DNA of 64,000 bases from an uncultured Lachnospiraceae bacterium (GTDB lineage: Bacteria > Bacillota > Clostridia > TANB77 > CAG-508). This document shows, one piece after another, positions 56,455 through 64,000 of the stretch. The translations under genes and the position numbers were made by a program. The stretch is from NCBI GenBank assembly GCA_964470175.1, contig CAYYBL010000002.1, positions 7,176 to 71,175 of the forward strand, given 5' to 3'. The notes under the pieces are model-generated. The model was not told the origin of the DNA, ran no database searches, and saw only the letters and a program-made list of their open reading frames with translations. The stretch's first letter is position 1. Each line of letters starts with the position of its first letter.

Positions 56455-58225
56455 CTATTTATCTAGTTTTTTAAAATCATTTTTATTAAACTTTATGTTG
56501 GTTGGTCTTCCATGTGGGCATGTATATGGATTTTGAAGTACCAACAGATTTTGAATCAAATAATCAACTTCCTTTATTCCAAGAGACATTCCCGCTTTTA
56601 CTGCTGCTTTACATGCAACGGTTGCAATAAATCTCTCTTCAATATCTTTTATTGGACTTCTTGTGTTTGTAGTCATTTCATCAAGCACATCCAAAAAAGC
56701 ATCCTTTTCATTTATCTTTTCTCTATAATCTATATTGGGAACTCCATTAAGTCTTATGGTATTGTCTCCAAAAAATTCTATATCATAACCAACATTTTTA
56801 AAAAGTTCGATGTTATCTTTAATAAATTCAATTTCATTATTTTTTAAATTTATAGTTTCTGGAATAAGAGTCATTTGTGAATAATTAGTTAGATTTAAAT
56901 TATTTTTATAATTTGCTTTGATATTTTCATATAAAATTCTTTCATGTGCTGCATGCTGATCTATGAGATATAACTCTTCTCCTATTTCAATAACTATATA
57001 TGTTTTAAAAAGAATTCCCAAAAACTTATATTCTATTTTTCTTTTATTATCTCTTTTTATAAGAACTTCATGATTTATATTTTCATTTTTAAAAGCATTA
57101 TTAGAAAATAAATTGATTCGATTCTTACTGGCATATTCCAAACTTTCTTGTGGCTTAAAATTACTAGTCAAGAAATCAAATTCATCATTTATGTACTCAT
57201 CTCTTTTAAATGCAACTTCTTTATCACCCAAAAAAGTTTTATCTAAAATTGCTGTTTTTATAGCTCTATATAATATTTTATATATTTTGTCCTCATCTTC
57301 AAATCTAACTTCCATCTTGGTTGGATGAACATTTACATCATAAGAAGATGCTGGCATACTTATATTTACGATGTAAAAACCATATTTTCCAATACCTATA
57401 GAACCTTTAAATGCTTGATCTATACTTTTTACAAGAGTGGGATTTTTTATATACCTTTTATTTAGAAAAGTAATTTGATTTTTTCTACTATCCTTTGCTA
57501 AGTATGAGTTTCCGAACCACTCCGCTTACTTTTACATCATCCTCACTATAATCAACATTTACTATATTTTCTTTTATTTCCTTTCCATACAAAAGATAAA
57601 CCACATCTTGAATATTACCATTTCCATTTGTAGAAATAACAGTTTTTCCATCGTTTATTAATTTTATAGAAACATCTGGATTTGCGAGGCAAAATCTCTC
57701 TACGAAATCTTTTATATATCTGTACTCCGTGCTATCATTTTTTAGAAATTTATATCTTACTGGTGTATTAAAAAATATATTTTCTACAATCACAGTTGTA
57801 CCATCTGAGATACCAACTTCATCACCTTCTATAATATTTCCAGCTTCAACTACAACTTTAGCTCCAGTCTTATTTTTCCTCATCTTAGTTAAAATTGTCA
57901 TTCTTGAAATAGCTGCTATACTAGCTAATGCTTCACCTCTAAATCCCATCGTATATGTGTTTTCTAAATCCTCAATTTTTTTTATTTTACTAGTTGCATG
58001 TCTTTCTATACTTACTGGTATATCATCAAAGTCCATACCCTTTCCATCATCAGAAACTTTTATGAGACTCTTTCCACCTTTTTTTATCTCTATCGTAATT
58101 TTTTTTGCTCCAGCATCAGCAGAATTTTCAACAAGTTCCTTCACAACATTAGCCGGTCTTTCTATAACCTCCCCTGCAGCTATTTTATTTATAGTTAAAT
58201 CATCCAATAAAACAATATCACCCAT
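56455..58225 (-). pseudogene. mutL: DNA mismatch repair gene mutL split by a frameshift into an N-terminal ATPase ORF (57488..58225) and a C-terminal ORF (56455..57357)
   Basis: N-ORF has the GHKL ATPase motifs (ELVENSADAGA, DDGKGM, GFRGEAL). C-ORF has VDVNVHPTK, DQHAAHERILYE, ACKAAVK and CPHGRP endonuclease motifs. In the C-ORF frame the reading NSYLAKDSRKNQITFLNKRYIKNP...IGKYGFYIVNISMPASS continues upstream of its ATG to ~57527, overlapping the N-ORF end. A single-nt indel near 57505-57525 separates the frames. Confidence 0.7.
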
Positions 58226-58284
58226 AATAAAAAATCCTTCTTTTATGAAATAATATCATAAAAAAAGGATTTTGTTAAATACTT

Positions 58285-59826
58285 TTATTTAAAGAGTGAT
58301 TTTATAATCTCATTTCCGATTTTTCTACCAATTGTTCCAAATGCTGAACTTGTAGTCCTACTTACCGCTTTTGATGCAGCTTTTTCAACTTTATACGACA
58401 TACTATTTTTTCTAGCAATTTCAGCTTCCTTTTCAAGCTTTTTCTGTTCTTTCTCTTCTTTAGCAGCTTGCTTCTCTGCTTCTTTTTCTGCTTTTTCATC
58501 AAGCTTCTTTTGCTCTTCTGCCATTTTTTCAGCTTCTTTTTCTTCCATTTCTTTAGAAAGAATTTCAAAAGCAGACTCTCTATCTATAGGTGTATCATAC
58601 TTTCCTTTAAACTCACTTCTAGAAATTATCATGAGTCTCATACTATCATCTAATGTACCCATCTGACTCTGAGGTGGGAGTATAGTACCTACTTCTACTA
58701 CATTTGGTTCACCTTTTTCATTTAAAAATGAAACTACAGCTTCTCCTGTACCAAGCTCTAATATTGCTTTTTCAGTATTAAATTCAGGATTTGATCTATA
58801 TGAATCTGCTACTGCTTTTACAACTTTTTGCTCTGCTGGAGTATATGCTCTTAAAGTATGTTGTACTTTATTTCCAAGTTGAGCTATTATCTCTCCAGGA
58901 ACATCGTTTGGAGATTGAGATATGAAGTACAATCCAACTCCTTTAGAACGTATTAGCTTAACTATTTGAATAATATTTGTAAGCATATATCCTGGTAAAT
59001 CATCAAATAAAAGATGTGCTTCATCAAAGAAAAATACCATCTTTGGTTTTTCCAAATCTCCAACTTCTGGAAGTTCATTATTTATTGTATTTAAAAGCCA
59101 TAGCAAGAAGCATGCATATAGTGTAGGCTTTTTGTATAATTCTACACAATCCAAAATATTTATGTTTCCAATACCACTTTCATTTGTCCTAATGAAATCC
59201 TTTATATCTATCTCTGGCTCACCGAAAAAAGATGTTGCTCCTTCTTCTTCTAATCTAAGTAATGCTCTTTGAATTGTTCCTACAGACTGACTTGCAACAT
59301 TACCATATTTGATAGTATATTCCTTACTATTTTCTGCAATATATTGAAGTAATAATCTCAAATCTTTTAAATCTGTAAGTTCATATCCATTTTCTCTTGA
59401 TATTTTGTATATTATAGCAAGCACACCTTCTTGAGTTTCATTAAGTCCTAGCATTCTTGCAAGGATTGTTGGGCCTATACTTGCCATTGTTGCTCTAACT
59501 GGATGACCATTTTTTCCAAAAACATCCCAAAATATTGTAGGAAATCCTTTATAATCAAAAGAAGATATAGATAGTTTTGAAAGTCTTGATTCTAAATTTT
59601 CATTTGTAGCTCCTGGCATACAAGTAGCAGCTAAATCACCTTTTACATCTGATAAAAATACAGGTACTCCAAGAGAAGCAAAACTCTCAGCCATAACTTT
59701 AAGAGTGATTGTTTTTCCACTACCTGATGCTCCTGTGATAAGTCCATGTCTATTTGCCATACTTGGCTCAATAAAAAGTTCTTTTTCTTTTGATTTTGCT
59801 ATTAATATTTTTCCATCTTTTAACAT
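58285..59826 (-). CDS. DUF853 / HerA-like (YjgR family) P-loop ATPase
   Basis: MANRHGLITGASGSGKTITLKVMAESFASLGVPVFLSDVKGDL matches the YjgR/DUF853 N-terminal block; coiled K/E-rich C-terminus. Confidence 0.6.
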   Translation of the reverse strand: MLKDGKILIAKSKEKELFIEPSMANRHGLITGASGSGKTITLKVMAESFASLGVPVFLSDVKGDLAATCMPGATNENLESRLSKLSISSFDYKGFPTIFWDVFGKNGHPVRATMASIGPTILARMLGLNETQEGVLAIIYKISRENGYELTDLKDLRLLLQYIAENSKEYTIKYGNVASQSVGTIQRALLRLEEEGATSFFGEPEIDIKDFIRTNESGIGNINILDCVELYKKPTLYACFLLWLLNTINNELPEVGDLEKPKMVFFFDEAHLLFDDLPGYMLTNIIQIVKLIRSKGVGLYFISQSPNDVPGEIIAQLGNKVQHTLRAYTPAEQKVVKAVADSYRSNPEFNTEKAILELGTGEAVVSFLNEKGEPNVVEVGTILPPQSQMGTLDDSMRLMIISRSEFKGKYDTPIDRESAFEILSKEMEEKEAEKMAEEQKKLDEKAEKEAEKQAAKEEKEQKKLEKEAEIARKNSMSYKVEKAASKAVSRTTSSAFGTIGRKIGNEIIKSLFK

Positions 59827-59868
59827 AAGCTTCTCCTTTTAATATATCAAAATAGTTTAAAAAGAATC

Positions 59869-61083
59869 TTATTCCTCTTCCTCTGCTCCATAACTACTTA
59901 GATTTGAAATCAATTTATAAATTTTAGAATTTAATAAATTCTTTCCAATTTCTTGTGATTCAGCACTGGTAAGTTCTGTATAGTTTACTGATTCTCCAGT
60001 TAGTTTACTATCTATAGCATTGTCTCCTGAAAATTCATATCCTACTACCAATTTACCACTTCCAATTTCATCACTATTTAATTCAACAGTAGCTGTGCCT
60101 TTTACATCTGACTCTTTTTCTAAAGTAACTTTAACACTTACAACTGTTTCATCTGCTGTACATTTAATATCATAAGTATTTTGTCCAAGTTTTGAAATCT
60201 CTACTTTAGCTTCTTCTTTATCATTTTCCTTAGCAATCAATTCTGCTTTAACAAAAGAACTTCCATTTACACAATAATTTACTACAATAACACCATTTTC
60301 ATCTTCGCTACTTTCTACTGTTTCCAATACTTTATCAAAAGAAGAAACAATCTCTTTTTTATCTTCTTCAGAGAATGTTGCTAGAAAAGCTTCATTTTCT
60401 TTTAGTGATTTAACCATTTCTTTTACATTGTTCGTAAGATCTTTTGCACTTATAGTATATGTATTTATTGTAACATTTTTGTCTGCACCATCTACGTTAA
60501 CTGTTCCTTTAGATGATGTACAATATTCTTCTTTTATAATATATTCATTTATAGCATTTTCTAAAATTTGAATTCTCTCTTTAGGAACTTCTTTATTTAT
60601 TTCTGAAAGAGCTTCCTTTATACTCTCAAATTGTTCATCTCTCAATACTTCATTAAAGTTTATACTTTTAGAATATAACTCATCCATACTTAGTGTCAAA
60701 ACTTTTTTCTCCGTATCAACAAGTCCTTTTGCACTTAGCAAATCTTCATCTGTTTTTTTAGCATCAACATCAATTTCAACTTGAGTTTCATTTGCTTTTG
60801 CACCAACTGTTAGTTTGATATCATTTGCTAATTTTTCGTATGGACTACCTGCTATGGCTTTAATATTTACATCTGCATCTAAATCAAGCTTAACAGCTTT
60901 ATGTTTAGAAACATCATATTCTGAAGCCATATTTAAATAAGAATGAACTGTACCTTCAAACACTTGCTCTGGTGTTTTTTCTTTTGTAGATACCAAACTT
61001 GCAATAACAGCAATTACGATCAATGCTATTCCACAAGCTATCAATACTGGTAAAATCTTAGATTTTTTCACTTCATCACCCAT
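59869..61083 (-). CDS. hypothetical membrane-anchored/lipoprotein-like protein (404 aa)
   Basis: N-terminal TM/signal (ILPVLIACGIALIVIAVIASLVS) then a charged extracellular domain; no motif. Confidence 0.45.
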   Translation of the reverse strand: MGDEVKKSKILPVLIACGIALIVIAVIASLVSTKEKTPEQVFEGTVHSYLNMASEYDVSKHKAVKLDLDADVNIKAIAGSPYEKLANDIKLTVGAKANETQVEIDVDAKKTDEDLLSAKGLVDTEKKVLTLSMDELYSKSINFNEVLRDEQFESIKEALSEINKEVPKERIQILENAINEYIIKEEYCTSSKGTVNVDGADKNVTINTYTISAKDLTNNVKEMVKSLKENEAFLATFSEEDKKEIVSSFDKVLETVESSEDENGVIVVNYCVNGSSFVKAELIAKENDKEEAKVEISKLGQNTYDIKCTADETVVSVKVTLEKESDVKGTATVELNSDEIGSGKLVVGYEFSGDNAIDSKLTGESVNYTELTSAESQEIGKNLLNSKIYKLISNLSSYGAEEEE

Positions 61084-61104
61084 GAAAAGTCCTCCCTTAA
61101 TTTT

Positions 61105-61719
61105 TTATTTTTTCATTTCGATTTTATAAATCAAAAATGCTAAAAACATACCTATCGTAGCTGTAATAACCTGAATAATTCCCATTGCCTGTGAAAGATT
61201 CGGAATCATTTTTTCAGGAAATACACCTAATTCTTTTATAATATTGAATGAGCCAAATATAATAATAGCTTTCAATGCAATTCCAATAATGCCTACAAGA
61301 TAATAATTCCATTTTTTTGATACATAAAATAATTTATATGCATATACAAGAGCAAAATTTCCAAGCCATATACCCGGTATCATCCAAGACATCAATGTAG
61401 ATGCTGTGCTAAATACATATCCACTAAATACTGTCGCTATACTTGGCATAGTGATCACTCCAAGTATTTTAGTCCATCCCTTAAAATTTAATGATGAAAT
61501 TATAAGCGCTGTATTTACGATAGATCCCACAATCAACTGTGATTTTGTAACCACAATACTAGTAGCTGGAAAGATAATTTTTAAAAGCTGTCCCAAAAAT
61601 GTTGGTACAATCAACGCTACCAAAAAAATAACTAATGTTTGTACCACATCTGCAGTCTTTGAAAAATCCCTTACCGTTTTTCCCATTATACTTTCTTTTT
61701 CCATTTTTATTTCCTCCAA
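61105..61719 (-). CDS. small polytopic membrane protein, possible ECF-transporter S-component-like
   Basis: ~6 TM helices in 204 aa; same operon as the upstream ACT-like regulator (36-nt gap). Family not assignable from sequence alone. Confidence 0.35.
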   Translation of the reverse strand: MEEIKMEKESIMGKTVRDFSKTADVVQTLVIFLVALIVPTFLGQLLKIIFPATSIVVTKSQLIVGSIVNTALIISSLNFKGWTKILGVITMPSIATVFSGYVFSTASTLMSWMIPGIWLGNFALVYAYKLFYVSKKWNYYLVGIIGIALKAIIIFGSFNIIKELGVFPEKMIPNLSQAMGIIQVITATIGMFLAFLIYKIEMKK

Positions 61720-61755
61720 TCAATTTAAAAATTAATCGAAGCTAAATAAAACTAC

Positions 61756-62013
61756 TTATACATTTGAATATACAACTTTACTTGAAATACCTTCAATTTT
61801 GCCTATCTTACCACACAATGTATTTATATAATCTTGTGGTGCATCGACTGCAATACTTATTATACTTATTTTTTTCTTCGAATATGGAATACCCATTCTT
61901 CCTATTATATATGTTGCATATTCATGAAGAATGCTATTTAGTTTTTCCACTGAATTCATATTTTCCACAATAATAGCAATCATCGCAACTCTAGTTTCCA
62001 TATTATCTCCCAT
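61756..62013 (-). CDS. TM1266-family small regulator-like protein (NikR-C/ACT-like; annotated elsewhere as putative iron-only hydrogenase system regulator)
   Basis: 85 aa; VAMIAIIVENMNSVEKLNSILHEYATYIIGRMGIPY...ISIISIAVDAP matches the conserved pattern of this family. Confidence 0.5.
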   Translation of the reverse strand: MGDNMETRVAMIAIIVENMNSVEKLNSILHEYATYIIGRMGIPYSKKKISIISIAVDAPQDYINTLCGKIGKIEGISSKVVYSNV

Positions 62014-62149
62014 ACTTCTACCTCAATACTATTTCGATATTAGTCTTCATTGTATATTTTCTTTGCTATAAAGATAATCTTATTAGCTTAGACTTTTACG
62101 GAAACATTATATATCAAAAATTATATAATATCAATGAATTTTACATGAA

Positions 62150-62186
62150 ATAAAAATCATCCTACTGTTATAGGATGATTTTTATT
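62150..62186 (-). terminator. Rho-independent terminator (ATCATCCT/AGGATGAT)
   Basis: 8-bp stem with T-run on both sides, downstream of the 62186..63121 gene. Confidence 0.55.
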
Positions 62187-63121
62187 TACTTACTTCTACC
62201 ACTTATTCTATCAACAAGTTTTTGTAACAAGCCTTTTCCTTGCCCTATTTCTTCAGGGGTCAAATTGCTTTCCATATAAGCTTCTACAATATGTCTTGGC
62301 CTAACCTTTCCTTTTTTTCTTTGCAATTTTTTTTCATATTTTTTTCTTCTTATTTCAACCATTTCTTTAGTTTTACTAACAATCTCTTTTTCTGTCTCAG
62401 ATAAAAATGGCTCCTCAATTTTTCTAAGTTTAGGAGTATATATCTTTTGAAGATGTAAATAATTAGCCTTTGACATAAAACCCATTTCTGTTTCTTCAAC
62501 TTCAGGTAAATATACTGTTCTTAGAGTAGTATCAAACTTAGTAAATTCTGTCTTATCGCTCATAAAAAATTTGCCTATATGCTTTACTTTGGGAAGATTA
62601 ATTTCTTCAAGCTCTGGACCTGATGCCAGAAAAGAATCTCCTATGTCCTCCACATTTGGAAGATTTAACCATTTCAATGTTTTATTTCCATGCAAAAAAT
62701 CATTTCCTATTTTTTTCACATACGGATTTGAATAACCAATTATTTGACTAAAAGCATTTAACTCAATGACTACAGGTTCTTTTTCATTTTTAACTTTGAT
62801 AGTTATTATTTTAATCTTTTCATTTGAATTATCTAACTGTTTTAATGACATATTGATACTTTCAATATCCAAATTTCTAAAATATTCACTAAATGAATCT
62901 TCTTTTTCTTCTATATATGGTTCAACTTTTTTCTCTTTAGCATTAATAATAACTCCATTATCAAGTAATACATTTGTTCCTAAATTATCATTATTATCAT
63001 TTTTATTTATATTTATGGCATTTCCATTATCTATAACTATATTTCCCGGACAATAATATACTCGTCTGTGACTTGAAGCAATGTATTCTAGTCTGTTTAC
63101 TTTATAAAACTTTCCGGTCAT
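62186..63121 (-). CDS. BspA-type leucine-rich-repeat-like protein (no signal peptide)
   Basis: Repeats of the LxxLxLPxVxxIGxxF type (LKWLNLPNVEDIGDSFL, LEEINLPKVKHIGKFFM, LRTVYLPEVEETEMGFM); K/R-rich C-terminus. Confidence 0.5.
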   Translation of the reverse strand: MTGKFYKVNRLEYIASSHRRVYYCPGNIVIDNGNAININKNDNNDNLGTNVLLDNGVIINAKEKKVEPYIEEKEDSFSEYFRNLDIESINMSLKQLDNSNEKIKIITIKVKNEKEPVVIELNAFSQIIGYSNPYVKKIGNDFLHGNKTLKWLNLPNVEDIGDSFLASGPELEEINLPKVKHIGKFFMSDKTEFTKFDTTLRTVYLPEVEETEMGFMSKANYLHLQKIYTPKLRKIEEPFLSETEKEIVSKTKEMVEIRRKKYEKKLQRKKGKVRPRHIVEAYMESNLTPEEIGQGKGLLQKLVDRISGRSK

Positions 63122-63920
63122 TCGCTCTCATATAACCACCTAAGCCAAAATCTGGAATATCTATACCATAATTAAATCGATATCCATGCTCTCTCCAAAG
63201 TTTTTTTTGAAAACTTTTAATTAATCCAGGTGCTAATATATCCAAATCTCCATTTAATGCATTATTTGGATATTTGACTGAATGATTATGCCTGCTTATT
63301 ACAGATAGACGAGAAATATTATCAGAGCCACAAAGAATAGGTTTTGAAAATTGAATTCCAAGCACAGACCTACCATAATCATCATCTCTCTCAGGAGGCT
63401 TTTTTACACTAACTCTTCCAGCATCCCTTCTTACTGCGAAAAAAACTAACGCTTTTTTTAATCTATCATCAGCAAAGGTACATAGTTCATCTCCTGGCTC
63501 ATAATATTTTAAGAAATATTGCACATCCTTTTTTGTATCATATTCTTTTGGATCTCCTCTTCTTGAGAAAGAATCTGATGTGCATTCATACAAATCATAT
63601 CCGGCTTCATCAAGTAACTCTTCAGGGGTTTTATCTGTATCAACTCCATCTTTTCTTTTCATCTCAAGTTCAGCAAGAGCAAAAATATACTCTATAAACA
63701 AAGATGTTGTTTCTTCGCCTCCTGCTTTAATGTCATTTCCAATATTCTTTGAATTTGTAGCAAAATTTTCTTTTAATATTTTAAGTAATAATCCTTCATT
63801 TTGTAATATTCTTTGAAAACTTGTCCTACAAAAATGCATCAATTCCTCGCCATATATTTTTCTTATTCTTCTTAATTCTTTAGGTAGTTTTAGTCTTTTT
63901 TCTTCTCTTTTATCTTCCAT
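63102..63920 (-). CDS. hypothetical protein (272 aa), overlaps the downstream LRR gene by 20 nt
   Basis: GC above background; no recognisable motif; N-terminus K/R/E-rich. Confidence 0.45.
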   Translation of the reverse strand: MEDKREEKRLKLPKELRRIRKIYGEELMHFCRTSFQRILQNEGLLLKILKENFATNSKNIGNDIKAGGEETTSLFIEYIFALAELEMKRKDGVDTDKTPEELLDEAGYDLYECTSDSFSRRGDPKEYDTKKDVQYFLKYYEPGDELCTFADDRLKKALVFFAVRRDAGRVSVKKPPERDDDYGRSVLGIQFSKPILCGSDNISRLSVISRHNHSVKYPNNALNGDLDILAPGLIKSFQKKLWREHGYRFNYGIDIPDFGLGGYMRANDRKVL

Positions 63921-64000
63921 TTTTTATTTCTTTCTATTTGTTTTATGAATATATTCTATAAATTCCTTTTGATCATCATTAAGCAAATATTCCATATTTA

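Noticed and set aside
58362-58568. 68-aa K-rich ORF on the minus strand inside the DUF853 gene
   Set aside because: Alternative frame of the K/E-rich coiled C-terminus of the DUF853 protein; an artefact of the repetitive AAG/GAA codons.

Overview
AT-rich (~30% GC) Firmicutes/Clostridia-like chromosomal segment. Genes are densely packed and mostly on the minus strand, with many Rho-independent (often bidirectional) terminators. Recognisable genes include tcdA, malQ, leuS, ppaC, ppdK, the pncB-nadE/nadD operon, hisS-hisIE, pyk, desulfoferrodoxin, cls, rfbF-rfbG, a U32 peptidase, an initiator tRNA-Met, galK-galT, a YhhQ-type queuosine-precursor transporter and mutL. Noteworthy features: (i) a previously unnamed ~140-nt intergenic repeat family (hairpin + conserved core + hairpin) at three or more loci, one pair bracketing an rfbF-rfbG-HNH cassette; (ii) near-identical terminator hairpins bracketing a GNAT + methyltransferase pair; (iii) a promoter-to-terminator ~320-nt GC-rich non-coding transcript upstream of an ABC exporter that also has a leader mini-ORF; (iv) a four-gene operon with a SipW-type (Ser/His) signal peptidase fused to a large polytopic N-domain, its cognate secreted protein and two unknown proteins; (v) a NadE-NadD fusion; (vi) frameshifts splitting mutL, hisIE (at an A7/T7 run) and an SDR gene, giving a possible MMR-deficient (mutator) signature or assembly errors; (vii) several small GC-rich islets, including one beside the tRNA with a remnant tRNA 3' repeat; (viii) a candidate preQ1-I riboswitch upstream of yhhQ. 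Coordinates of non-ORF elements were counted by hand and may be off by 1-2 nt.
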